DNA from: a virus
Strand: one strand, 5' to 3'
IMG/VR virus record: IMGVR_UViG_3300045988_051021
DNA length: 64,000 bases
The notes under the pieces are model-generated. The model saw nothing but the letters and a program-made list of their open reading frames with translations, did not search any database and was not told the DNA's origin. Both the position numbers and the translations under genes were made by a program. Shown here piece by piece: positions 29,001 through 36,377 of this stretch. Positions within the stretch are counted from its first letter, which is position 1. Each line of letters opens with the position of its first letter.

Positions 29001-29338
29001 AATATGGACCAAACCTAGAGGATTATACAAGAGTTATTGAGAATACTAACTACACTAATCCTTGGGATGTTGCGGATATATATAATGACCATAACATAAG
29101 AATTGACTCAAACTCTGTGATTAATCTTGATGTTGATAGGAATCTAAAATCTATAAGCTATAGGGGTAAAACTTATAGTAGAGAGACTTTAGTTAAACTG
29201 GCTGAATCCTTAGGTGGTTCTGAATCAGACTTAGATGTACCTTATGTAACTAGAGTTGTTGATGGTATGAATGTTAAAACTGTTGATAGTCTACAATATT
29301 CTGCAATCATAGCTCAATTATTAGACAATCCTTGTTAA
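20060..29338 (+). CDS. giant virion RNA polymerase-like protein (3092 aa, DxDxD motif)
   Basis: A single 9.3-kb ORF. WLQGSDLDIDKVSLLGH contains D-L-D-I-D at 26243-26257 (aa 2062-2066), the metal-binding signature expected for the two-barrel virion RNAP of crAss-like phages. The size and the neighbouring giant genes match that block. Confidence 0.65.
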   Translation: MGKCKFNKNDSNLDLQDVLQDTLEEIWEEKDEFSRKAMFINSLKEIGEGYDITSLSDLADFIDAFVMEVAPVLHDIVPTNMTTYLSGQSSNIDDTAEENPTKLDALDDPEGNADAKQRIRGFIVTNYGTATEIASAMEASVTDNIVKCFLVDREAGKVIKTEHEINEALRNYQETLLQDVVGYLKDAYSKLPSEDVQDTLEKLSNLTMWKDGVYLNAVGELNAVGERFLHHSHFTADELRKIYSRNRIIDKKFIKAYNSLVILNHFDDLLSSKLGKVLKINENYPKYSAEDRYSLISTGANNSRNWGDKEKDVNMNDHVSDITKLLVETSPIYTWGNSTPIADKKVKLDAFNYIISKIKSLTNSPDIHNSSLTFDGMFFLKYPQFEHLRSSIEGKSFYTLLSSASTGNVLENYHALFELLCDDSFFNSNYELLRGFRSIEKNLVYSLRQGIFSSDAHSLFGIYKNNVLDTNYYSFICQLVATASPLDFVQYRVNEDGDIVRATLRDNLNRQLRNQLERSISSALSVTAPTKYESMIAKYNPRYEEDKVTDPKEGVKTISVFRFHIPDLNVSIQFNPKAKRSNAFSISRDGKALVSFNGEEDWNKALQFFKEFLYLDFVSDGPLVESYLALKTKNGNIQYDAAISDLLQLSTSIFFNSYFSHNLVPKETSTQEFRRKQEEVFGTENLTSIKRGAKDIGVLLPSYVPVMEDLAAAYAMTTDAYVSGINRDGEGRALSGVAMSMLGTNYRSQWTNQCMNMNSATNGLSLLNNTFLHRGMVVSREYKGRTDSKKHIDFNMSESFYTAFVSNYLCNIAGNTDAAFLPSVISDKSTLFHMVENLNALSPLGKPFNKLTKDETIAIINKELGDCYAKIINSITFEWERLNSALKSIDSSLVFNNPTQYPLLASKGIIPVFNPMTNFAEVNTVYGNDSRKVLEEVLRVYQNVVRGPELEIKDEVSFQGGKTLSFNRTLISLTNRFNPEYFTRAGLNVEEVFGKLTNSDDFWRIKEVELLTDLLDNDFTIETTDERGNALTTPEVAYLAKNKDWIKFSTKRVILAKYTNFGKTFDITKWSDLYSIGGYTENGISYNWGSPGFSFSKFLELRGGELQLHPDLARFNVIDYLLSQEYVLTTVGTHANHPAKKATASPNDLVEEAARYIAQHKRNVSDTAAKQVMSQGLINGILPEYTIAVIEDDTAPTYNPMGDHDEHGVKQYDGSTFASPETTYLENNSLGGAKVGADKKPFVHFYKEGSATGGIIKTATFALTNYTMSNSKFLQRMVKKMWSKNWEFEGVLFNDNVLVDFQGNPISYEDVYYKGTDGKFYMINSITYMPEDGTYMIIKSEVEPDGTIVKQLPAEITPKPGEAPRVTNSGITLYPVTNNFGLFQMFGGWRSYSQSEDGLIPSEVSVRNVVKAVNGVGIKLKDSVVSQSDVYQPLKWSSIQYVVTAGAIKQGAANVNLKHAYFDDNPYLTMKFRTDDIGIQLDAEHTADESTLSIMTQVINALASRGYTTEQAGEVYEAMFALSEAGINDYVEGFEQYVDTKDASKFKDAIISTIVKSIQNSTSRDGNLMQAVMDTLIEDSRAGKLITYKNVEGTIPYSNPSVFNGIFSSISATLTKAAIRLKFNGSLAVLNPSHKIWKLYGDRMYDSFNNDEEIQKLQELYNSKPITNLSELKLGRYYTITVDGITSTEFIETPQQYWDLESRLADKDFRIVENITAGRDLASYNFTFRDVQGNLYNMWDLDVVKSLYTTVDPQEKILLRRELQNALGAVSNGKLDTVVINGVVVQVDKSSLQTQPFELIMPKIYASRFGLKRGDSLSTIKNDDTFFLKRMLSNWESKVSDTDFDIELKRLNGKHVYLVDKRVYKNTRLTPIEIETRWDGAKLYRVNSSGEKLHRLSDESDRVYVDANGNEIIVTNNTQFYIDSFNYHTIRVSNSAATSEEVSKIIQPILDSRAKVASRFAKYIGKSNPTDIITYVNRLYSESIDKLRTNPRAKIEDPNIDAIRDAAAELHTSFIKSLDVLAARIPAQSMQSFMPMRVVGFDETDTNSAYVNYFQFWLQGSDLDIDKVSLLGHSFDRTGKYVGWSPYFNLSSQNALAESEKLPFPTNKELELVEADDTSLTNWAHDFVGSGKLFNFNGSEVVFLPEYDLDNSLGSVQSLSNFLRMVKRNGGKLYIPKGSNLPFDKIKELIDRHNLYVRNSSNPEDMIKNFISSYMFKISDNPINLMQSQSSIDDAVALLKDIAKGSTEGQRTLQFTPGNVVNKYESMYDFQSGKKNVGIVASAIKVFDGLTYYNNATLNSNNPIKQYGLLFNRAICGSRFRLLANSYTDSPESISNLEVLDALRSVDNDTDAKLVFSALMSAATDNAKDPILAKINAGPNMMGLYTYGTAIGIPLKDLAGAMMSRTARILSKLMDSNVFNRKAGMSITSAIRYIENGPSIGELDPEFVSILKSEFGSGTDASDFVIGKMLQYRLSDLSKGHELIDSLRKRIKSMDVSMNKVSMYKFLEELSDYIRFVNTINNDIITNSEGVQYRVIDSIKQLVQGASEMGRLRGIYALNQGLSNSVEDSLKFIDKFEGIFEDRIKEISAEEKEGTVMVDGMIMKVSDVIAKLRNLTNNTDNPYRISFSKFMSDEEYRSTLISLYGGLKHSFNVLDAAWSVPHYRGYLKAFHMDVESKYMVMSKYRMMRDLGPRIIKGGGFYSSKERSNVYKKLQSFCDMTLRNTWMKTSEKVITIPAGVTIMNSIGNTFTTQGNTPIMLGTRWGNESFKMWMDSVVIPELKDIEPNEFIQSLSPIRLDRTLSGNAAFVYSLPTNMLPKTGSEVERFNRYKRAFNQLQGAPTYQGYPLTDLFFYYNLINFNNTVSQSSLTTIFEDIIRTKSSPLIEEFHKFTSVLDSNSMLVEGVDFTYDEALKWCAPIEDTNYSSKYYVRSYDDSNMRYHLFVRKSNSMDSQEVDGDFEYDSDYMDFVSDDYDSGDMGGYQYGPNLEDYTRVIENTNYTNPWDVADIYNDHNIRIDSNSVINLDVDRNLKSISYRGKTYSRETLVKLAESLGGSESDLDVPYVTRVVDGMNVKTVDSLQYSAIIAQLLDNPC

Positions 29339-29342
29339 TTTT

Positions 29343-30428
29343 ATGGCAGTATGTCTTAATAAAAATTCAGTAGAGTACCAGACATTGTTAAAGATGTCTG
29401 GGCTCTCTGGATTTAAATTTAATGCTTTTGTATCTACATTTGTAGATAAATTTGGTAGGTATCCAGAGCTTGATGAGATACCTGGAGCTGACTCTAGACC
29501 TTACTTAAATAGTTCTTTGTCAGTAAAAACAGTAGATGATACAAGCTTTGTAAAGAATGATAAGATATTCTCTCAAACAGGAACAACAGATGTTAAAGAA
29601 GCTAATATTAGAATAAACAATACGTATAGGGACTTAGAAGTGGAACTAACTCCCTCTAGTGAAGTTTCAACTATACAAGTTAAAAAGCGTCCTAATAAGT
29701 GGGACAATGTATATGAAGGGGGAATAATCATAGATGATTCTACATCTCCTTCTAGAAATGTTGGGGTTTTCAATAGCATATTAGAGAAGCTAGCAAATTT
29801 ATATGGAATTAACTTCATTGGTATCACTAATGGAGAATTGTCTTCAGAACAATGGAATGGAATAGTGGATGATGCTAAAACAACTAATGCTTTCATCTAT
29901 AATGGAGATATATACATCAATATGGATAATTCTAGTATTGATGCTCCGCTACATGAAATGCTACATCTATTCTTAGGCTCAATTAGGTACAGCGACCCCC
30001 AGCTATACTTCTCAATGGTAGAAGCCATGAATGAACTACCTAATAGGTCAATGTTAGCCAGAGACTATAAGAATAGAACAGATTCAGACATAAATGAAGA
30101 ACTACTAGTATCAGAGTTCTCAAAATATATAACAGGACAGAGAAGCGTTATTGATAAGTTACCAGCTAATGTGTTACATAAAACATTCTATAATATGAAC
30201 AGAGTACTTGACTCCGTATTATTTGGTAAACAAAGTGTAACTACTATGAATCCAAAAGACCTATTTAACTCTTCTTTAGTAAAGCTATCAGAATACTTAG
30301 GCTCGGCATTAACAAACAACCAATACTCTGGGACCCTTAATGTTAAGTCTGCTGAGGTTCATAGAGTACTAGCTAATGTTAAATCAGATTTGATGAAAAG
30401 TAAAGACCTAAAAGAATTTTGTGGATAA
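29343..30428 (+). CDS. HExxH-motif protein (putative zinc metallopeptidase)
   Basis: 361-aa ORF with APLHEMLHLFLGS, where HEMLH is at 29952-29966. No other motif was recognised. Confidence 0.45.
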   Translation: MAVCLNKNSVEYQTLLKMSGLSGFKFNAFVSTFVDKFGRYPELDEIPGADSRPYLNSSLSVKTVDDTSFVKNDKIFSQTGTTDVKEANIRINNTYRDLEVELTPSSEVSTIQVKKRPNKWDNVYEGGIIIDDSTSPSRNVGVFNSILEKLANLYGINFIGITNGELSSEQWNGIVDDAKTTNAFIYNGDIYINMDNSSIDAPLHEMLHLFLGSIRYSDPQLYFSMVEAMNELPNRSMLARDYKNRTDSDINEELLVSEFSKYITGQRSVIDKLPANVLHKTFYNMNRVLDSVLFGKQSVTTMNPKDLFNSSLVKLSEYLGSALTNNQYSGTLNVKSAEVHRVLANVKSDLMKSKDLKEFCG

Positions 30429-33400
30429 TGGGGTGCATATATGATTACAAAGGACATATCTTCCAATCTGAGTTAGAGTTAGATGACTTCTTACTTGAAA
30501 GAAGGCATTTAGTATCTAAGTATGGGGACATTGTATTTGCCAAGAGTAATAGAGCTATTCAAACTTATGATTCTATAATGAATCTAAAGATGGATACTGA
30601 AGCCCTTAAGGCAAATAAGACTATCTCTGAAACGGAAGATGGTAAGAATGATATTGAAAACATTAATGTGTCTAGTAATGGATATATTGGTGTTAATAAG
30701 TTTCTACAAGGTCTGAGAAACCTAGACGGGGATTTATTATTCCCAGAATTTAGACCTGAGAACTATTGGAAAGAGATTAGACCAAGATGGGCTGGAGGTA
30801 ACTTTGATAAAGAAGAAGCTGCTGCCATATTTGGAGAGGGGGCTGAAACTAGACCCATAGTAAGTGATGAGGAATTTGCCAGAGCTAGGGAGGTTATTGA
30901 GAATAAATGGAAGACTCAGGGTAAAATAGGTACTGAACTTCATAAAGCAATGCAGAAGTATTTCAGTGAATCCAAGAGTGGAAGGAATATACGAGAGTCA
31001 GATGATAACTTCTTAATTAACACATATTTCCCATCAATCCTAGACACTAATTTAGTTCCTAGCAAAGTTATTGCTGAAACTGTTAAATACTGCCGAGACC
31101 TAGAGAAGTCCTTACAAAGGGAGTTAGGTGAAGACTTAATATACCTCCCAGAAGTGGCAGTCTCTGGAGTTACCTCACAAATAAATGAATCAGGCAATCC
31201 TAACAAGCTGTTAGGAGTTATTGACTTATTAGTAATTGATAAAAGGGGAAACGTTCATATTATTGACTACAAGACATCACCTAAACCTTATATAGGTACA
31301 GCCTCTGAAACTGGTTACGATTCCGCCAAGATTCTGACCTTTAAGTACCAGCTGGGTGTATATGAACGTTTATTAAGAAAGTATGGAATAAATACTAGTG
31401 GTTCTAAACTATTTGTAGCCCCAATCCAGCTATCTGATTTTAAAAGAGAAGGAGATGATTGGACTTACAGTGGTATAAAGGAATACTCCGGTCATGTTGA
31501 AGATTTAACTCAAGATATTAAGACCAATATTAATATTCAAGAGAACCTTGATGAATTCCTTCCAGCACCGTTTGTCACTAAAGCTACAACGGAAAACCTA
31601 CTCCAAACTGTAACCAGTGTAATGTCAAAGTGGTTCCCTAAATATGATAGCGTTCCAGGAGAAATCACGGATGATATGGTGGCTGAAACCATAAAAGAAG
31701 GAAAGGGTGACAAACCAAACCCAGAAACAGGTAAGTATGTATACTCTCCAAAAGGCAATGGGTATCCTCTTAGGGCAGACACGTACGAGGAGTTATTCAT
31801 AATGGTAAAGAGAAAGATGAATAGCGATGCTAATCGAAAAATAAACACCACTCAAGTTATTAAGGAGGGTCTAATAAAAGCTATAGAGGATGAAAATCCT
31901 TACTATGAGTTTACTAGGGCACAGATTCCTGATAATCCTAAAGGTGTAAATGGTTGGTTCCAAAGAAGGATGTCTAGATATTGTAATTCTAACTGGGAAG
32001 TAGTAGATTGTGAACCTGCAGAGTATTTAGGATGTATCTTGCTTAGGAATAAGTTTACTAATCAGATAGATGTGGTGAAGATTAGTACATCTATGTTAAG
32101 AAGGTCTAGACAATTAGTAAAAGGAAGAAGAGGACTTACTGGTGCATTTGAAAGTGACATTATATCACAAAATAAACCTAACTCATTGATGATGGAGAGT
32201 GTTAATGGTAACATCGAATTGATGGAAGCCATGTTAGTATTAAATAACTTACCTAGCCTATTTGAGGAGAACGCTATAGTAGGAGAAGTAAGTGTATACA
32301 ACCCATTCAGAGAAGAAGGTATCTCAGCTGATAATAAGCAATTATTATACTGCTTCAATGAGTTAGACAAGTTATCCCCGATTGGGGTGAATAATCTAAA
32401 AGGAAGGAAGGCCCCAGTTAAAATGGCAAATAGGTATGATATATTCTACAATAGGTTTAGGGAGATTATATCTAATGTAAGGGATGATACTAAAATAAAT
32501 AAGAAATGGAGAAAGTTTGCAGAATCCACCAGTGCTTTAGATGCTTGTATAGGAGACCCAACCAAGCTCAGGTTAGAACTCCTTAATCTTAGAAAGGAGT
32601 TTCTGGAAGCATTCCCTAACGTTAATGATACCAGACCAAATGATGATATTATAGGTATGCCTCATGTTCAAGTATATAGAATGTTAGAAATGGCTATTGG
32701 TGAGATAGATGGTCTGGATTTTAGACAACAGCTTCGTGACCATGATAAATGGCTAGAATCTATCTATGTATGGAAGGCTGGTTTGGAAGGCACTTACCTT
32801 GATAACCCAGGTAATATGAAGAGTCCAATTCTAAATAAGCTAACTTCACTGGTAACTGTAGCATATCAAAATATTAGAGACACAGTAAACAGGTCACAAG
32901 GTGAGATAAGAAACCTAGTAAATGAACTAAAGAATGACCAAGGATTTACATATCTCAAAGAAAGAACTATAGGCAATCAGGCTACCCTATACAGAGATAT
33001 GATAGTGTATACCGATGATGGGGATATATTATTGAAGAACCCAGATGACCCAACAACTGGGCTATCCGAAGCTCAAAGGAAGTTCCTAAAGTATTTCCTT
33101 AAGACAGTTAATGCTAATAGATTCAAGAATATGTCTGAAGAAGAGATAGAAGAGTTACGATTATCTGGGGATGTGAGGTATTATAGACTGCCCTTAGCTG
33201 CCGGTAATGCTACATCTATTGCTTCAAGTAAGGGGTTACTATCTGCTATAAAGGATAAATTACAGGACTGGAATCCAAAAAAGGCTGTAGAAAGGGCTAA
33301 AACAAAGGTAGAAGGATTCTTAGACCCCACGGATACTAATATTGAAAAAGTCCGTAGAGGAGAGCTATGGGAAATGACCAACTCATTTGATATAGGCGAG

Positions 33401-35128
33401 AAAGGTTCAGATATAAGGCTAAGTTTGATAGAAGATAGGAAGCCAGAGTTCTTCGAAACAAATCTTGAGACTTTATTACTCAAACATATCACTGCATACT
33501 CCGCTAAGGAACACTTAGATGAAATCTTCCCATCGTTGCAAGCCTTAGCTATTCACCTTAGTGATATGGGTACTATCCTAAATGACAAGTTTGAGGACGA
33601 CCTAGAGTATCTAAGTGACTATGTTAGGAATAAGATATTTAACCAATCTCTAATCTCCGACGACCGTAAACCGCTTGCAGCTATTACTGGAGGATTGATG
33701 GGATTTGCTTCTAAGATTGCATTAGCATTTTCCCCAGTACAGATGTATCAGCACTTAGATGGTATTTGGAAGGATATATCATTAGTAATACGAAAGCCTG
33801 ACGGAGGATTAGCTTTTACTAAAGAGAATATGGTTAAAGCCTATAAGTATGCTATTGCAGACGCTATTCACTATGGCAACAATAAGTCTATGTCGGAGTT
33901 GCTGAATGAACTGTATGGACTTAATGATATGGATATGAATACCTATGCCGATAAGATAAAGTCGGACCAAGCTGGTATATGGAACTTCTGGGCATCCGCT
34001 TTTAGATTTGCATCTAGGCCCGACTTCTACAATAGAATGACTATATTTGGAGCACAAATGAGAGGGGATGGGTGCTGGGAAGCACACTCTGTGGTAAATG
34101 GTAAATTAGTTTATGATTGGAAGAAAGATAGTCGATTTAGTGCCTACGCTAGTGGAAATACATCTAGTCCAGACTATAAGAAGCAAGAGGCATTGTATTA
34201 TACTATGGCACACCAGTTAGTCAAAGAACATACTAGGAATGAAGATGGTTCATTATTTAAAGTAGGAGATGCATTGCCAAAGGCATATACTGTCCAGCAA
34301 TCTGAAAGTCATAAAGCCTTAGCAGACTCAATATATGGATATTATTCCCATGAAAAGAAGTCTATGTTCCAAAGTACTCTAATTGGGGGATTATTCTTCC
34401 AAATGTGTACATACTGGTCTTCTAAGAAGAATCAATATCTAGCTCCAGAGGGAATCAAACTGCAAGGTAGACTAGTTCATTATGAAGAGAACGGACAGAA
34501 ATATTACCATAAGTTAGATGATAAAGGTCAGATTACAGATGAAGCAACTACTGAAGATACAGGATTCCCATTCTACAAGTGGGAAGGACGATTTGAGGAA
34601 GGTATCTTATTAACCCTTAACAAGGTTCTAAATGACCTAATAGTAGGGTCTTATAAGAAAGGTAGTGTAAGAGAAGGATGGAAATTGATGACTAATGACG
34701 TCTGGAATAATGAGGATGAGAATCTTAGAAGGGCATACAGGTCTAATTTACGACAGTTGTTCTATGATTTATTTATGCTATTATTTGTAGGGGCTGTAGT
34801 TAGTGGTTCCCTAGCGGAATTTGTTAAGGATGATATAAAGGAACGAGGCAATGATACCATGAATGATGCGGTAATAAATGCAACATTATCTCTTGGAAGT
34901 AAGATACTTACTAATTCAGCCTATGATTTCAACTTCCTTGATGCAGTTGCTGGGCGTGGAATGCAATGGACACCATTCGCATTTGAGACTCTTAACAGAA
35001 CCGTAGATACATTCTCAAGTGTTATATCAGGAGATAAATCTTTGTATCAGGGTCTAATTAATACTGTGGCAGCTACTAGAGCAACTAAGCCAATTTGGGA
35101 TTATGTAGACCCAACTAAAGAAGAATAA
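30428..35128 (+). CDS. giant protein (about 1566 aa) with N-terminal RecB/Cas4-like PD-(D/E)xK nuclease domain
   Basis: Motifs appear in canonical order: GTELHKAMQ, then GVIDLLVIDKRGNVHIIDYKTS (D at 31223-31225, DYK at 31265-31273), then YQLGVYERLL (QxxxY). There is a hydrophobic segment near the C-terminus (LFYDLFMLLFVGAVVSGSLAEFV). The start is placed at ATG 30428 (TAATG overlap) instead of the TTG at 30419 used by the track. Confidence 0.65.
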   Translation: MGCIYDYKGHIFQSELELDDFLLERRHLVSKYGDIVFAKSNRAIQTYDSIMNLKMDTEALKANKTISETEDGKNDIENINVSSNGYIGVNKFLQGLRNLDGDLLFPEFRPENYWKEIRPRWAGGNFDKEEAAAIFGEGAETRPIVSDEEFARAREVIENKWKTQGKIGTELHKAMQKYFSESKSGRNIRESDDNFLINTYFPSILDTNLVPSKVIAETVKYCRDLEKSLQRELGEDLIYLPEVAVSGVTSQINESGNPNKLLGVIDLLVIDKRGNVHIIDYKTSPKPYIGTASETGYDSAKILTFKYQLGVYERLLRKYGINTSGSKLFVAPIQLSDFKREGDDWTYSGIKEYSGHVEDLTQDIKTNINIQENLDEFLPAPFVTKATTENLLQTVTSVMSKWFPKYDSVPGEITDDMVAETIKEGKGDKPNPETGKYVYSPKGNGYPLRADTYEELFIMVKRKMNSDANRKINTTQVIKEGLIKAIEDENPYYEFTRAQIPDNPKGVNGWFQRRMSRYCNSNWEVVDCEPAEYLGCILLRNKFTNQIDVVKISTSMLRRSRQLVKGRRGLTGAFESDIISQNKPNSLMMESVNGNIELMEAMLVLNNLPSLFEENAIVGEVSVYNPFREEGISADNKQLLYCFNELDKLSPIGVNNLKGRKAPVKMANRYDIFYNRFREIISNVRDDTKINKKWRKFAESTSALDACIGDPTKLRLELLNLRKEFLEAFPNVNDTRPNDDIIGMPHVQVYRMLEMAIGEIDGLDFRQQLRDHDKWLESIYVWKAGLEGTYLDNPGNMKSPILNKLTSLVTVAYQNIRDTVNRSQGEIRNLVNELKNDQGFTYLKERTIGNQATLYRDMIVYTDDGDILLKNPDDPTTGLSEAQRKFLKYFLKTVNANRFKNMSEEEIEELRLSGDVRYYRLPLAAGNATSIASSKGLLSAIKDKLQDWNPKKAVERAKTKVEGFLDPTDTNIEKVRRGELWEMTNSFDIGEKGSDIRLSLIEDRKPEFFETNLETLLLKHITAYSAKEHLDEIFPSLQALAIHLSDMGTILNDKFEDDLEYLSDYVRNKIFNQSLISDDRKPLAAITGGLMGFASKIALAFSPVQMYQHLDGIWKDISLVIRKPDGGLAFTKENMVKAYKYAIADAIHYGNNKSMSELLNELYGLNDMDMNTYADKIKSDQAGIWNFWASAFRFASRPDFYNRMTIFGAQMRGDGCWEAHSVVNGKLVYDWKKDSRFSAYASGNTSSPDYKKQEALYYTMAHQLVKEHTRNEDGSLFKVGDALPKAYTVQQSESHKALADSIYGYYSHEKKSMFQSTLIGGLFFQMCTYWSSKKNQYLAPEGIKLQGRLVHYEENGQKYYHKLDDKGQITDEATTEDTGFPFYKWEGRFEEGILLTLNKVLNDLIVGSYKKGSVREGWKLMTNDVWNNEDENLRRAYRSNLRQLFYDLFMLLFVGAVVSGSLAEFVKDDIKERGNDTMNDAVINATLSLGSKILTNSAYDFNFLDAVAGRGMQWTPFAFETLNRTVDTFSSVISGDKSLYQGLINTVAATRATKPIWDYVDPTKEE

Positions 35129-35132
35129 GACA

Positions 35133-35750
35133 ATGTTGATTGGAATCAGTGGTAAAAAGCAAACTGGCAAGGATACTGTATGCAAAATTATTAAAGCACT
35201 AGATATATGGAATAGGTACGGAGATGGGGATATGCTTACATTTGTAAAGATGTTACTTAAGAGCTCAAGTCCTTTAGGTAGTATGTGGTATAAGCACGCA
35301 TTCGCTGATAAACTCAAACAAGTCTTAGCTATTATACTTAATGTACGTGTAGAGGCATTTGAAGATAATATATTTAAGATGTCCTATAGTGAGATAGCTA
35401 AACCCGAAGGAGGATACTATACTAATAGAGAACTCCTACAGAGATTTGGAACTGAAGTTGGAAGAAGTATATCTCCAACATTATGGGTGGATGCCTTATT
35501 TACAAGCTATAGTGAGCATGACCATTGGATTATCCCAGATGTTAGATTTCCTTCTGAGGCCCAAGCCATTAAAGATAGAGGAGGTATAATCATCAGAGTA
35601 GACAGGGAAACCCCCTTCCATGATACCCACCCATCGGAAGTAGCATTGGATAATTATGAAGGTTTTGATTACAGAATAGATAATAATAATGATATAGAAT
35701 ATTTAATAGGTAAAGTAAAGGAGATAATGTCTCAACTAAACCTTATATAA
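35133..35750 (+). CDS. deoxynucleoside monophosphate kinase
   Basis: P-loop GISGKKQTGKDT at the N-terminus, plus IIPDVRFPSEAQAIKDRGGIIIRVDR, which is typical of phage dNMP kinases (DVRF.nE....GG..irv.R). Confidence 0.7.
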   Translation: MLIGISGKKQTGKDTVCKIIKALDIWNRYGDGDMLTFVKMLLKSSSPLGSMWYKHAFADKLKQVLAIILNVRVEAFEDNIFKMSYSEIAKPEGGYYTNRELLQRFGTEVGRSISPTLWVDALFTSYSEHDHWIIPDVRFPSEAQAIKDRGGIIIRVDRETPFHDTHPSEVALDNYEGFDYRIDNNNDIEYLIGKVKEIMSQLNLI

Positions 35751-35757
35751 ATAATTA

Positions 35758-35802
35758 GGGCGTTACTGGTGATTGATTCACTGGTAACGCCCTTATTTTT
35801 TT
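35758..35802. terminator. bidirectional intrinsic terminator between the convergent arms
   Basis: GGGCGTTACTGGTGA (35758-35772), loop TTGAT, TCACTGGTAACGCCC (35778-35792). The stem is 15 bp with two G.U pairs. It is followed by TTATTTTTTT on the plus strand and an A/T-rich run on the minus strand. Confidence 0.8.
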
Positions 35803-35804
35803 AT

Positions 35805-36377
35805 TTACTCTTTCTTCTCTACATATTCAGGCTCTCTTTCATCCTGCTGCTTTAAATAGGTAAACATCCTCTTACCTAATGCCTTATAATCCTTCTCACT
35901 CTTTGATTTAGAGGCTCTCTTAGCCATTCTGATTAGAGTTCTTGTATTCTTTCTACTAAAAATTCTCTCTCCTCCTTCCAATTCCATTTGGGTAGAACCA
36001 TCTGGAGCAATTACCTTCATTTTAGGCAGTTCTTCATCCTCTTCAATATCAAGTTCATCCCCCTCTTTAATACCAGAGCCTTGATTAACTTCTAATACAA
36101 ATTGTACGTCATCTTCCTCAGCTATATTCTCATTCTCAGGTTCTCCCTGATATACTGATATTACTTCCATATCTTCATTAATGAAAATGATGTCTAGTGG
36201 AATTTTAGTATCCTTCATCCAGAAATCTATTGTATCAGGCTCATCAAATACAAATAACATACCTTTATCTTCATCTAAAGATTCTCTTCCTTGTAATCCT
36301 TTGATTCTATCTTCCTCAGTACAGGCAACCTCAACCTTATACCTCTGTTTCCCAATTTCAATATTTACTACTTTCAT
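35805..36377 (-). CDS. DUF192 domain protein with charged C-terminal extension
   Basis: YKVEVACTEEDRIKGLQGRESLDEDKGMLFVFDEPDTIDFWMKDTKIPLDIIFINEDMEV matches the DUF192 signature (..A.t..e...GLm.r..l....GMLFvf......fWMkNT.iPLDiiFi). Confidence 0.8.
   Translation of the reverse strand: MKVVNIEIGKQRYKVEVACTEEDRIKGLQGRESLDEDKGMLFVFDEPDTIDFWMKDTKIPLDIIFINEDMEVISVYQGEPENENIAEEDDVQFVLEVNQGSGIKEGDELDIEEDEELPKMKVIAPDGSTQMELEGGERIFSRKNTRTLIRMAKRASKSKSEKDYKALGKRMFTYLKQQDEREPEYVEKKE

Noticed and set aside
30419-30427. TTG start used by the ORF track for the nuclease-domain giant protein.
   Set aside because: The ATG at 30428 forms the TAATG stop/start overlap that this genome uses repeatedly.
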